Source: Octopus sinensis
Taxonomy: Eukaryota
NCBI RefSeq assembly: GCF_006345805.1
Contig: NC_042999.1
Coordinates: 104,284,001-104,348,000, forward strand
DNA: 64,000 nucleotides
Direction: 5' to 3'
Shown: positions 40,674 to 54,332 of the stretch, piece after piece
How the letters are laid out: the number at the start of each line of letters is the position of its first letter
How positions within the stretch are numbered: the stretch's first letter is position 1
Made by a program: the position numbers and the translations under genes
Notes under the pieces: generated by a model
Database searches by the model: none
What the model was told of the DNA's origin: nothing
What the model saw: the letters and a program-made list of their open reading frames with translations, nothing else

Positions 40674-41509
40674 GAAAAAGCAAAAAAATGGAAAAAAAAA
40701 GGCTGGAATAACTTTAAATATAATACAGGAAAATTATTTTCCACATAACAACACAAAGATAAAGAAGAGTATCTAAATTAATATGTGAATTTTGATATTA
40801 TCAATAATTCATAATTAATAATTTATGAAGAATTGGCTAGCAATGTCTTCATTGAGCAAATGAGTATAGTTATTCCATGTCATTTATTTTCTTTTCACAT
40901 CTTTCTAGTTTTTCTTTCAACTATAAAGCCTGTTTCTATAATGGTCAAGAAGCAATGATCTTTTTATGTGTTCACTGATGTTTTATATCTTCAAATTCAT
41001 ATATATATATAAATATATATATATATGACTTCAAATTTATATAAATATATATTTGTGTGCATATTGTGTACATTTATATATTTACAACTTGGTTCCTGAT
41101 ATCATTCAGCTCCATTATTATCTGTCACTATTTAGTCACATTCTTAATATTACATCTATGTGGCTATCATGTTTTAAATACATTCCTACATGGATATATA
41201 TATATACATATATATATATAAACACATATGCACACATGTGTGTATATAAATAAGTATATACACACACACATATATATATATATATATATGCATATAAGTA
41301 TGTGCATGATTTCTTTCAACGTATCAAAACGTATATATATATAATGTTTTTTGCTTGATTACTTTTCTATATTTTATGAAATTTATGTTCTATATAAATA
41401 TATTTGTAATGCATTCAATTGTTGATGAGTGCAAATTGGCTTTGCAACTACTTCTTTTTAAGTATATATTTCTTATAAATACCAACTTCTACAAATGTTT
41501 GTTCTTATC

Positions 41510-41550
<41 letters not shown>

Positions 41551-42152
41551 CACATTCTCACATAGATACCTGTTATTTCATTTCTCTATTTATGTGTGGA
41601 TATTTCATATGCATCCATTTCATTTTTATGCTTATCCTCTTCTATATATGTGTATATTTGTTACCACATTTATATATAAAAATACATATGAAAATTTGCA
41701 ATACATCCATACTTATATGTGAATATTTGTTAAACAACCTTTTAATATATATATGTATATCTGTGTAACTGTTATAACTGTTGCTTATTCAAATATATGT
41801 ACATTTTTGTTATATATATATATATCTCTAAATGTTTTGTATGAAAATATGTAAATGGCGATGACAATTTTGATGACAATGAAGAAAATGAAAATGATAA
41901 AGACATATAATGTATAAATACTGCTTTGATGCTTAATCAGAGTGAGTAGAATCTTTCTCAAGTTATACAACTTACAGAACTGACTCTACACATTCACCAA
42001 CATGTACATATATCTGTATGCTTATGCATACACACACACACACGCGTGCACACACACACACACATAATGTATATGTATATATATATATATTATATATATA
42101 TATGCATATATATATGTATATAATGCATATATATATATATATATGTATATAA

Positions 42153-42194
<42 letters not shown>

Positions 42195-42270
42195 ATACAT
42201 ATATAAATGTATATAATACATATATATAATACATATATATATGTATATAATACATAGATAAATGTATATA

Positions 42271-42305
<35 letters not shown>

Positions 42306-42327
42306 CATGCATACATACATATATATA

Positions 42328-42381
<54 letters not shown>

Positions 42382-42439
42382 ATTTATATATATCAACAAA
42401 GGCTCACATAATTCCCTTGTTCCATCAAGACATTTAAAC

Positions 42440-42536
42440 CGGCTGTTGACATTTTTACGCTAACACCGATATCGTTCCACTTTTGAAGATCCACTTTTTA
42501 TAAACAACACACAAGCAGTCACGTATTTCGTCAGTT
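42440..42536 (+). promoter_or_regulatory. Putative OS9 proximal promoter / 5' UTR
   Basis: CpG dinucleotides are retained, unlike most of the window. TATAAA at 42499-42504, TCACGT (bZIP/ACGT core) near 42519-42524, initiator-like TCAGTT at 42531-42536. Motifs are short and could be chance. Confidence 0.35.
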
Positions 42537-42701
42537 ATGGCTTCGAATATCAACATATCTATATTACCGCACGTCGCTACCAGACTATTTTTCCTCGTTT
42601 TATTTGATGTAGCTGTAGTTATTGCCTTTCTCGATATCGACGAACTCAAGTCGGTACACTATGGTATTGAGATATCGAAAGAACCAATTTTATTACCTCA
42701 G
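42537..42701 (+). CDS. OS9: First coding exon of an OS-9-like ER lectin (ERAD glycoprotein receptor); signal peptide plus conserved N-terminal motif; partial gene
   Basis: ATG at 42537 to CAG|GTAAGT at 42701/42702, 55 codons, phase 0: MASNINISILPHVATRLFFLVLFDVAVVIA-FLDIDELKSVHYGIEISKEPILLPQ. A hydrophobic signal peptide is followed by FLDIDELKSVHYGIEI..P, resembling the recalled human OS9 N-terminus (SLNLEELSEMRYGIEILPLPV..Q), with the intron at what I recall as the equivalent position. CpG-retaining context. Confidence 0.85.
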
Positions 42702-43403
42702 GTAAGTGAAAATATCATGTTCATTTTCCTTTCTCCGTATCATAACTTCACACATCTCAGATGTTGTTTTCTAGTTCACGCTGTCATCTTAGCAACTGCA
42801 AAACGGCTTGTGTTTGGGCTTGAATTTATCTTGTTACACACGCACACATACACACACACAGACAAAATACTATCGTATGAGGAAATAAGTAATGAAATCT
42901 GTCGGCAAAATCAGTTGATACAGGTAAAACATCAACTTTCCTGACAATAATGGAACCTCTTATAATCTGTACTAATTTACGAGTAGGAACTCCAAATTCC
43001 TGTGGCTGCCCAGACCAGTTAACTGGTACCTTGCACAGTACAGTATTGGTAATAAACTTGTCTCATTTGTAGTAATGTACAGGTACCTGTATTTCATCTA
43101 ATGTTTATTTCATTTAAAATGTGTTGGCTAAGCTGACTACCTTTGGTTCGTCAGAACCAAAGGTTCCGGTTGTAACTGTTCAATTTGTAAAATGAAATAA
43201 TGTACGAGGTGAAGTGATATTTTTCATTAGAGGCCTTTGGGAAGTCGAACACTCTTCGCTCACAGAACACAAACTTACTCTACAAATTTTAGTACACTTT
43301 CGCAACACACCGATGCAGAAAAAAACATTAAATTTCTACGGACACTTGACACACTTTGTGAATTAATATTGAGCCTCTATACTTTAGCGAATAAGAGTGG
43401 TCT

Positions 43404-43443
<40 letters not shown>

Positions 43444-43730
43444 GTTAATATCTAGATCGGGTGTGGATCTAGATATTAACCATATATTTTATCTTTGTGA
43501 ATATGGCTTTGACCTGGGGAGTTGTCGTTTGACGGTGGTCAACGTTATTGTATTAATAATACATGTCATAAGGTAAACAGTATTACATGTCCGAACGTAA
43601 ACGAAAAGTTTTGTGCTATCGAATATATTCCGGATATGCGTTTCTGCTCAATTCACGCACACATACTTCTATCTGTCTATTCCTTTCTATTACAAGATAA
43701 ACAAAAACAACGCGCGCTCTCTCTGTCCGT

Positions 43731-43769
<39 letters not shown>

Positions 43770-46700
43770 TTTGTAACAGTGCAATAACGTGTTCTGTTGA
43801 TCTTTTGTGGTTTTAAGCATCTAATTGCACTTTGAATATACGACATAGTTCCAAACATCTTATAATGGTGAAACGTACGTAGGAACAAATATAAACTTGT
43901 TTTTATCATTATTTCTCTCTCTCTTTCCCCCCTTCTCTGTTTCTCTCTCCCTCACACACACGCATATTATAGATACATACGCAAACTCTAATTTCAGACT
44001 AGGCGAAACATACATTTATATTGTTTACAGTATTTTGAGTGGAACAATTCTCTGTTTGTATTAAAATCATTGTTAAAAGGATTTTTAAATTTTATTTGCT
44101 ATGTATTTACAAGTATTAAGTATATAAGTAATAATTATGTATATGGATATGCTTGCTGTAGAAATCAAATATTGATTGAATAAGTTTAGATTGTCTATAA
44201 GAAATGGTACTGATAAAGGAAATTTTTATGTTCAAATCCATTCGAGTCGCAATAATGTTCTTTTTTCCTCTGACACCGTGTTATCTAAAAATACAATTAG
44301 TGTAAATATTTTCAAGACATTAATGTCTGATTTGAGGAAGATTAAGGCGCTATTTCTAGTTAGCCTAGTGACTACTTAGAGGAACTTTCATTGGTTCTAT
44401 GTTTATTGGTATTTGTGCGTGTGAGTGTGTGTATGTTTATGTACGTATGTGCCATTATATCATAAATCGTTGAGATATTTACCTTCTCTAAAAGTACATA
44501 CGCATAACATTATCTATAACTATCCCTTCCACATTGATTGATCACTTAATGATTTTTAACGTAATTAGCATATATGCATGGTGTAGTTCATACAATAGAT
44601 TGTTATGCGGTATGGAAATTATGAAGGTGTACTTGATAGAATTTTAAATTACTGTAGCAGATTTTTATATTCATAATAATTACATATTTGAATGGGTGTG
44701 CTATGTCTATAGCTAGTAAAAGTTGTTTTTCAACTAATAGTTTACCGTTGGGAAATAATTTAACCCTTGGATAACTAATAACTTGTCTGGTCGATAGAGC
44801 TTAAGGAACGTGCTCTTTTCCGTTTTTTTACGTTCCGAATTCGGATTTCACAGAGGTCGGCTTTGCCTTTCATCCTTTCAGAGTCAATAAAATAAAGTAC
44901 CAGCCAAGTACTGCTATCGGTAGAATCAATTAACCCCCTCCATTCATAATTGTTGGCCTTGTGTCTAAATCAGAAACCATTATTGTGGATTAGCAGAATC
45001 GGTAGCGCGTCAGACGAAATGCCTTACAGTTTTTAGTTACTGCCGTTTAAGTTCTAAGTTCATATCGTGCCGAGGTTAGCTTTGTTTTTCTACCTTTCGG
45101 AGTCGATAAAATAAAGTATCAGTCAACTACTGGTACGAATATAATCAACTATTCTTTCATGGTAAATTTCTGGCGTATTCCAACGTCAGAAAATATTCTT
45201 ATTGACAGATGAGTAAGGTTGGATATTGCCCAGATCTTTGAAGGCCTTCACAACTGGTGAGGTCAAGGCTGTTGATGTTTTGTTTCAATTTCAATTGATC
45301 GATATCTAGTATCATTTTACTCATAAGTTTATGGTATCATATGTCACAAGCTGTTTATAATGATTTCTGCCAGTCTGTGTGCTACTGTTTAATTGTGTCA
45401 TGTCAATTACGGGACGTATTTTACATATAGTTCTGCAAACAGCCTAATTAAAGTTAACAGTTGCCCTTTGCACAACTCAGTAACTGCCCCATTGATCTTT
45501 TTGCTGTTTGATTGATAAACTGTTATGGCAAAGTGCTGAATGTCAAGTACTAATTAGATTAAAGATTCAGTTTTCTTTTTCCAGGCATGATCCTCACAAA
45601 TGCATTAAATATACCTGCTGTTTAAGTTCAGTAATTTAACATTAAATTGTAGCAAGCAATATAAGCCAATGATTTTACTTACAAATAGGGTTGAAAACAT
45701 AATGCATATTTCCAACATTTTATTATTCATACAAAAAGAAATACTCTGTCATTATCTATCATTTACATAGATCGGGTACCGAGGGGCGGGGGACAAAACG
45801 CAAAAAAAAAACAAACAACAGCTGTAGTGCTTTCTTCCCTTGTTGCTCTAAGCACATGTTTACATTGTTTGTGTTAATCTGTGTCTTATTGCAAACTGAA
45901 ATATGCAGTATTTTAACACACTTGATGTTGCATGCAAGTGCCAACGATGATACCTCTGTATGGTCGCTCGGCCTGTTAGAAAACATATCCAAATCTCTTC
46001 CCAAAGTATTTATTTTTACCGCGTTGAATTATAGTCCTTGATACACTATCTTAAAACAATACGAGATGGTCACGTGTGCTGTATATTTGATCTCAGGTCT
46101 GATCTAGATATAAACAGTAACAACTGATGCATTCGGAATGCCATGATCATTTATTATTGATTATTTGTACATTTAAATGTACCCAAGGAATAAAGAGTGC
46201 TCAATACGAAGAGGAGAGTTTACTCGTTAGAAGCTTTTGATTCAACACATCGATACTCGTAGTTTCTCGTTATGTATGATCCTTCCGTTGACCATAAAAA
46301 TAAATCAAACCGTCTTTTGTCGCCCGAAGACAGATTAAATCACTAGCTTCGAACAAATAATGGAATACACAATTACGACAAACTTTTCGCTAATTTGACT
46401 TGCTGAAATCATGTTTGCCAAACTGTTGCGTCATAGCTTAAAGTAGATATGCGGCACACATAGTTCACCTCAGATTTGATATTATTGTTGGGCAACCACG
46501 GTGGTAGACATGCGCGCGCGCGCACACACACACACACACACAACACACACAGACAGAGCTTTGTTTTATAGAGGAAATCATCCATCTACTTAATATTTCT
46601 GGCTGTGACCAACTTATCTTCATTGTTGAGAAACGGCGTGCTAATGTATAAGGATTTAGAAACAAGTAGTGTTCATGTTGTTAGGGACCAGGTTGGGCCT

Positions 46701-47389
46701 CATCGTGCACACCTTTGATCAAAGAGTTCCAACCATAACCACCCCCTCTTTTTTCCTGACATAGTGTATTTAGTACTGCATTATCCAGTGTGTTTTTTCT
46801 TTCTTAAGACCGTAGCATGTGAGTTGAGGAACACTTGGCTGCTATTTTTAGCAGGACGAGCAACCCTATAGAAGTTCCCTCGTTAGTTCTCCCGTTGGTT
46901 TGTGTTTGTATTTTCATCCTTAGGAGTGTAGTTATTTATTATTTTTCTTTTACATTAATTTATATATCGTGACTAAAGTTTTCTTCAGTATATTTACATT
47001 AATTGTATTGTTTTGTTGTTTTGATGCGTTGCTATTGAAGTAACATAAACTTTGACCGATCATCCTATTTTGTAAACCAAACACCAAATATGAAACAAAC
47101 ATGTATGTATATATATACGTCTGATATTTGTTCCCCTCTCTGATGATGTACAAATTTTCTCACATGTGGTTCGAATTTACATATGCACACATAGACTAGC
47201 GTACACATCACTGTTTCACAGCAAATTAATGGAAATTGAATATCTTGTCGCTAGGAACGTGAGGAGGACCATGTAGGGTTTTAGACAGGCCTGACATATG
47301 TCCTCATACACAATTAGCCAGTGAAAAGCTATTTTTAATAAATACGCACATAACTATTCTTATATATTTTAAACTCTGATCATCATCAT

Positions 47390-48029
47390 CATTTACCATG
47401 CTACGCCAGACTTCACGGTCCATCATGGCATTACGGAGGTCCTGTTGCTGGATGCCTGTATCCCTGGAGATTACATCAGGGTAGGAGAGTGTGCGCCCTC
47501 TGGTATTGCGAGTAGATGGCTTCCAGAGGAGAAGAGTAGAAATTGCCTCGTTTTCAGCTCTACAACAATGTCCAGCAAACTGGACTCTCCTACCTTTCAC
47601 AAGAGATGACACAGGTGGTAGTTTCCCATATATTTGCATTTTGGTTGGATGACGCTTCCACGAGAAATTTTGAGCTCTCATAAGGAGGCGAGTGTAGGTT
47701 CCATCCAACCGCCTCTCAAGCTTCTTTGATAACGTCCAGGTTTCTGAGCCATATAGTAGAATTGGTTCGACTGTGGCTTTGAAGATTTCAAGTTTGAAGT
47801 CTCTACTTAGATTTGATGACCAGATCTTATGCATGTCATTACAGGCTGACCAGGCCATACCCTTTCTAGTAAGAAAATCTTTTCCACATGATGATATGTA
47901 TGACCCAAGATATTTGTAATCAGAAACCATATTTAAGGGCGCATTGTTGAGAGTATGGATGATGCAATCACTGTTGGACAGGCACTTGTTTATATATTCA
48001 GTCTTGGCCTCATTGAGGTAAAGACCTAC
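47390..48029 (-). mobile_element. RTE-clade LINE, 5'-truncated, open frame over ~210 codons of the RT C-terminal region
   Basis: VGLYLNEAKTEYI...DYKYLGSYI...KATVEPILLYGSETWTL...RRVQFAGHC...DREVWRSMV, then (GAT)n. Confidence 0.9.
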
Positions 48030-51000
48030 ACAAACTCTGATACCATTTATTACTTTGTCTTACATTTATTATCTCTATACATCCTTAATCTCACATTTTA
48101 ACTTTTTATTTCATCTACGCTACATATCATACATTTTTGCTGCTTTGGCTTCATACCAATATAGACGCACAGCTTAGGCTACATAACATCATACCTTACA
48201 TTTTAGCTTCTGTTGTTACACTCAATATAACATGTATTTTAAACTTCTGCTACAAACAATGTATAGTTCATTGTAACTGCTTTGACGACACATCAGACTA
48301 TAATGGAAGCTTCTTATTGCGATTACCTTGAGATAGAGCATCTTAGAAAATAATAACTGGCTGATAGCATTAAGCAGAAGATATAACAATATTTTGGTTA
48401 TTATCAGCAGCTCCCCTAGTATTTTCAGTCAATCTACTTTTTGGTGTGGAAATATACAGGTTTAAAATAAATTGGTCATTTTTATAATCTCCTCTTTCCC
48501 TTATTAATAATATCACCTTCACTTTCTTCAATTTTCACAGTAACTTTAGACCTCTATCCACATCTTAATTGTTCAGTCTAATTGTGAATTACATTAATGT
48601 TTGCCCTATATATTATATTAGAGCTACTGTCCTTTGCAATTCTTGTGATTGTTGCCACTTTTGTTTGACTTGGTTGGGTTATGAGTGAAAAGCACACGTT
48701 TTTGTTTTGCCATTCATGTACTTACAGAGCAGGAGTCATTATCACAGCTATTTCGTATCTGTCAGTTTCCAAATTCTGATTCTACGATTAAATAGTACTC
48801 TAAGTTTCCTGGAAATAGTACTAGATTGAAAAGTATCTATTGCCATTATGTGATAAGGGATGGTGTTAAGCTTGAAGAATTGTTAGTGCTCTAAACAAAA
48901 TGCTTAGTGATATTTCTTCTGACTATGTTCTGAGTTAAAATTCTGCAGAGGTCAGCTTTGCTTTTCATCTTTATGAGGGCATTGAAATAAGTACCAGTTA
49001 AGTAATGGGATTGATGAAATTGACTAACTCCCCTGAAATTACTGGTCCCGTGCCAAAATTTGAAATCACTAAGTGACAAGTGGTAGATTGGCGCAACTGT
49101 TAGTTTCAGACAAAATGTCTTGTAGTATTTCTTTCGGCTTTTCACGTTCTGATTTCAATTCAAGCATAAGTGTACATTGCCTTTCATACTTTTGGGTCAA
49201 TAAAATAAAGTATCAGTCAACTACAACTAAACCCCATCCTTGCTAAAATTGATGGCCTTGTGCCTAAATTAGAAATAGGTCATATTTAAGTTATTTCATC
49301 TTTCATGTGTTGCTGTCAAGTGTTGCTAAGCAGCCATTATAGTAAATTGGGCATATGAATTTTACATCAGCCAACAGATTCAGTATTAGTTTCTCACTCC
49401 AACAATTGTAGTCCACTGGATATCTCTGATTTTTCTTGTCACTTGGTCAACAGTAAACAGAATGCCAAGTTGGTCCTTAGAGTCCTCAAATCAGCTTGTA
49501 CCCTCTTGGCAGAATCCTTAGCCTCCTTACTGGATATGGCTCATGATTCTGCTGATATGAGAGCTTGGTGACATCTGTTTCTATTCCCTTCACAGGCCTT
49601 ATGAGGCAAATCTAATGATGTGACATCTGTAATGAACACATTCAAAGCCATTTTTCAACACATGACCTAATGTTTCACAGTTCAAACTCTACTAGTCCGC
49701 TTACCAAACCCTTTTCTGATATAAGCAAAATGCTTAAATCTGCCATCATTAACAAACTGTTGGATTTAAATGTAAATATGCAGTGCAGCTTCTTTCGTTT
49801 GGCCACCTCTTCATTCCCTGCAGATATGTCCTCCTGGTTCTGAATCCATTTCAGTCAGCAAGAAAGGAGTCTGTGACTCCTTTCATCACCAAGCACTTCC
49901 AAACCCATTTTGTTCATTGTATGACCAAATTTATCAAGATTATTCTTTCAGATCATACCAAGAAATGCATAAACATTTCTTGCTTAATAAAATTCAGTGG
50001 GGATAGCCATCACATTGCTGTTGGCAGTGTATACTGTTATTTAGCCACAAATGTTGCACTCCACCCTTATGTCATGGCCTCTACAATTCTTTCCTTTCTG
50101 CTCATTTAGTTGTTTTGGAACTCCATTCAGCTGTGAAGCTACTGTTCATACAGCATGCCAATTTATGTCAGAGTTCATAAATAAAAGTCAAGCTATTTGT
50201 AAAGAAAGCATTTACCTCAGTCAGGTGGGATGCTATTTTTAGATATACTATAGACAGGCTGCCATTATTATTTAATTAATGTATGATTTATATTCTTGTC
50301 CATCTGGTCTTTTCTACGTCAGTCATAAAATTCCTTCTCAATGTCATATATAACAAGGAGAATCCTTGGGTCCCATACTTTTTTCATTTGCTTTCACATC
50401 TGGGGCTTAGAATATGGTACATTGTTGATATAGTTTTAGGTGGCAGTTCTCTTAGTTTCTCAGAAATCTCTTAAGTGACTTTCTTTTGAAGCTTTCTTTC
50501 AAACATAACAAGGTTAAAGGTGAGCTTCTCTTTTTAAATTACACAGTCAATGCTTACCTAAAAACGATATGTTCCGGAAACTTTGAACTGGATTCTACTT
50601 GATGCTCCTTTTACACTTGACACTTGATTTCCTTTAATTAATAACGAAATATCTTCTTTTTCACTCATGCTTGATTATCTTAAAAATATTGGCTCACATC
50701 AAGCATTTCCCCTACTTCCAAATAGCTTAAGTCTCTCTGACAGGATGCACCTTCTTAGTCCAGTCTGTCCAACTAAACAGCCATTGGTCTGTCCAAATAT
50801 TTCATTTTGATATAGGACTGTTACCAATGCCAATCTGTCTGATTTAGGCTGGGTACAGCTTGCTTACCATTAATATATAGAGGTCTAGGATTCTGTTTGG
50901 TTGCCAATTTCCATTCTTTTAAATTCCTACTCAAATTGATTTCATATTAATTTTTGCAATAAATCAATAAATAAAGAGTTGCTAGCTTTTAAAGCCGCAG

Positions 51001-51994
51001 ACACATTCATGCCTGTTTCCATAGTAACAAGCCAAGCATAAAAACCTCGTCTTCAAGAAAGCATGTGTTGACAAATATATTCCACTCATTGAGGTGGACA
51101 TCAGATGTGCTAAAAATAACATCCAAATGACCTTAAATCATGCACCAAAAACTTCTTGTTTTATTTCTGGATAATCACATGAATTCCTGTGTGTAGAATA
51201 CAAATCCACAAATATTTTCTAAAAACTCCAGAAAATAAAAAAAGCTATGAGAGTTATGTGGTGTGTGTAAAGCAGAATTTGATTTGTTTACAGCTGACAA
51301 CATATCCAAATCCTGTTTTCAGACTGGGTGAAAATTATCAAACTTTAAACTTCTATAAGTTTTTTAAAAAAAATTTCTGGTAAAAGTCCTCCTGAGATTC
51401 AGCTTCGAAAACTATATTAATGTACCAAATTTTAAAATTTTCAATAAACTTTGAATTTTTGAAATTTGGCAGCCAAGCTGAAAAGATCTTCCTGTTTTTC
51501 ATTTGACCTCTCTTTACCATGTTTTCTGTCTTCTTTCTGTACTTTATCCACTCTGATTAATCAGTTTTAGTCTTCCATGACAGATTAGTCATTGAGAGCA
51601 CACTATCAGAGTTGACTTTTAACCACTGGTCTATTCTTGATCAGATGTGAAATAGAAATTGTGGGATGATATAACTTATAGAAACACAGGTCTTGATCAC
51701 ATTGACAGGTGTAAACTAAATATTATGACTTCATTCCTTTTGAAGTAAAACAAGTATCTGATTTGAGAGGCAATAGTTGCTGATGTTTTTTTCTTGATTC
51801 TATATAATCAAATGCACAATAATCCCAGATTTTGCATGCTGAAGAAATGAAATTCCAAAAATAACCTCATCTATTTGGTCATTTCACATCTCAACTGATT
51901 GTGTGTGAGACTAGTGGTAGTTGTGGATCCTTCATTTCCTAGTTGGGGATGAAATTGTTAAAGGCACTGGGCGATCACTTACATAATTAAAAAA

Positions 51995-52480
51995 CATAAT
52001 AACTAGTCAAACACTTATCTTAAGCAAAAGGCAACCACATAACCTGTAGAAATTATTAAGAAAGGCAAAATTCAACATGAACAAACAGGACAAAACATTC
52101 ACTGTATCTAAGTGTAATGATAACAGATGTGGAACATATCAATACATGTATATGGGTAGATCCATTAGAACAAAAAAATGGACAGATTTTCACAAATGCA
52201 GAAATTTGATCTACTGCATTAAAATGCCTGAATTGCGAGGAATTATAGACAAGACAGGGAATGCATTATCAGAATGCTCATGAGTCCACAGACAACAAAT
52301 CCAAAACACCAATGTTCGCCAAATTCCATTGAGCGAACATATACAGACATGTAGTCAGAAAATATTTCTAATTTTTCCTTTCTACAAACTACATGACACA
52401 AGTAAGGTTGGAAGAAAGATAAAAGAAAAACGGTTTATTAAAATGTTCAAACCTGTTCTGAACAGAAATAGCAGCAATAA
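51995..52480 (+). mobile_element. Penelope-like element, linker plus GIY-YIG endonuclease region (broken)
   Basis: SKRQPHNL*KLLRKAKF...VSKCNDNRCGT...NLIYCIK...KTGNAL...HRQQIQNTNVRQIPLSEHIQTC...FLIFPFYKL...KEKRFIKMFKPVLN. Confidence 0.85.
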
Positions 52481-52810
52481 TATAACAACCAGTTAATGAT
52501 GTGGATTACGAAATATCTCTAGCATATAAATATAAACAAATTACAGAATATGCTTGGCAAACCATGATGTTTAAGAGCACGTGGATTGGTCAGAAAGGTA
52601 TTCTAAAAATTCAGCTTGTTGGAGTGTTCTAAGAGGTACTAAAGTTGTTAAGAACTCAATTGTTAGTTAAATATATTTGAAATTTGATGATTACACTATG
52701 TATGAAAGCACTAAATTAACTTTAAGAGCATTACAAAATAATTTTTTAATATTAAAATACCATAATAAAAAACACAAGAACCAGTCCACGTTTTAACTTT
52801 ATTCAACTGA

Positions 52811-52856
<46 letters not shown>

Positions 52857-54049
52857 AATTGAGATAGGGGTTGTAAATGCAACCCTCCATGGGATAACAT
52901 ATATCCAATATACTGCTAGTGAAGTACCCAACAAAGTTAATACATAAATGTTAATGATTGCGATGTAATCAATTCATTTACTGTATTATATGGGCAAAGG
53001 TAAAATGATTTACCACAAATTACTAATACAAGATAAGAAAATGGAGAAATACATCTAAATCAAATATTGGAGTATTATCTGGTAATTGATATTTGATTTA
53101 GATGTATTTCTCCATTTTCTTATCTCGTATATATATATATATATATAATCAAAAGTTATTGTATATCATGTTCTCTTTTGCTGATTATAATTTACTTGTT
53201 ATTGTTGGCCACAAGTTTTATGCTAGGGTTATAGCTTATTATATCAACATCAATATAGTATTTAATTAACCTCCCCCTCTTTGGTTGAATTTGAATCAGA
53301 ATGATTTTGAACATAGTTGTAAATTCACAAATTTTTTGCAGGAAGAGTATATTAATTACATAATTCAGTATGTCCTTCACTTTTTAAGAGAGTAGAGTGT
53401 AATTTATGAGATGTTTGACTACTACATTTAACTGTTTGAGTTACTATGTAGATTCTGCTTTATTAACTTGTTGATGAGTTGATTGATTTGTTAAACAGAA
53501 ATTTATACTCCATTATGTACCATGTGGAAGAAGCTTTCACCCATGGAAAATGATAAAACTATGATCTGTTTTCAACTGATTGCAGATGTAACTAGTAAAG
53601 AAAATGTATTTATTTATATGTAAATAAATTATGGATTTGTATATGTATTTACCTAACTTTATAGACTTTTATTCATAAACTATTTACTCACCTTAGTCTG
53701 TTGACAGGTGTGCTGTAAATATTTGTGACAGCTGGTTGAATAGACTGGTAATCATAAACAAAACATTTAATACCTGTTTTGCTGCCCAATTTTACTCAAT
53801 TGTAAATGTATGTACAATAAATAGACACAGTTTAATGCCTCTGATGATTCATAAAAAGTTGACAATTGTGACTTTTTCCTGTTTCTCATATATGTATTCA
53901 GAAAAATAAATCCATTCCTTTCCTCTAAATTCCATCAATAGTTTTGCTTTTATGGTCTCTAGTTTTCCTGTTTGATTAAGAACCTATGTGTATATGTAAT
54001 TCTATTCTTTTATTCTTTTACTAATTTTATGATTCTAGTCATTGGACTG

Positions 54050-54224
54050 TGGTAGTTCCCAACCTGTGGACTGCGGACTCCTGGTGGTCCACAAAGGTAG
54101 TACAGGGGGTCCGTGAACTAAATTCAAAATTTCATACGCATATGCACACACACACACACACACAAGGATAAGCATAAGGGGTCTGTGGGAAAACTCATTT
54201 AAATAAAAGGGTTGGGAACCACTA
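54050..54224. mobile_element. hAT-type MITE
   Basis: Terminal inverted repeats TGGTAGTTCCCAACC / GGTTGGGAACCACTA; no intact 8-bp target duplication seen. Confidence 0.6.
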
Positions 54225-54332
54225 TCTTAGAGTATAATTGATAACATTGAGCACAGACACTACTATTTTTGTTGACATTACAGAGTTAAAAAGCAAAAAG
54301 GACCTCCTTGTAGGACTTGAACTCACTATGCA

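Noticed and set aside
42455-42649. 64-aa ORF antisense to the OS9 exon
   Set aside because: Shadow frame of a real exon; no motif.
42702-42944. Continuation of the 135-aa ORF beyond codon 55
   Set aside because: Similarity stops at a consensus GTAAGT donor; the rest is intron read-through including a CA repeat.
45856-46041. Signal-peptide-like 61-aa ORF as a gene call
   Set aside because: No recognisable domain or strong donor; kept only as part of the promoter-like finding.
53692-53744. Minus-strand candidate exon ending AAG|GTGAGT
   Set aside because: Good donor but no recognisable product or partner exons.
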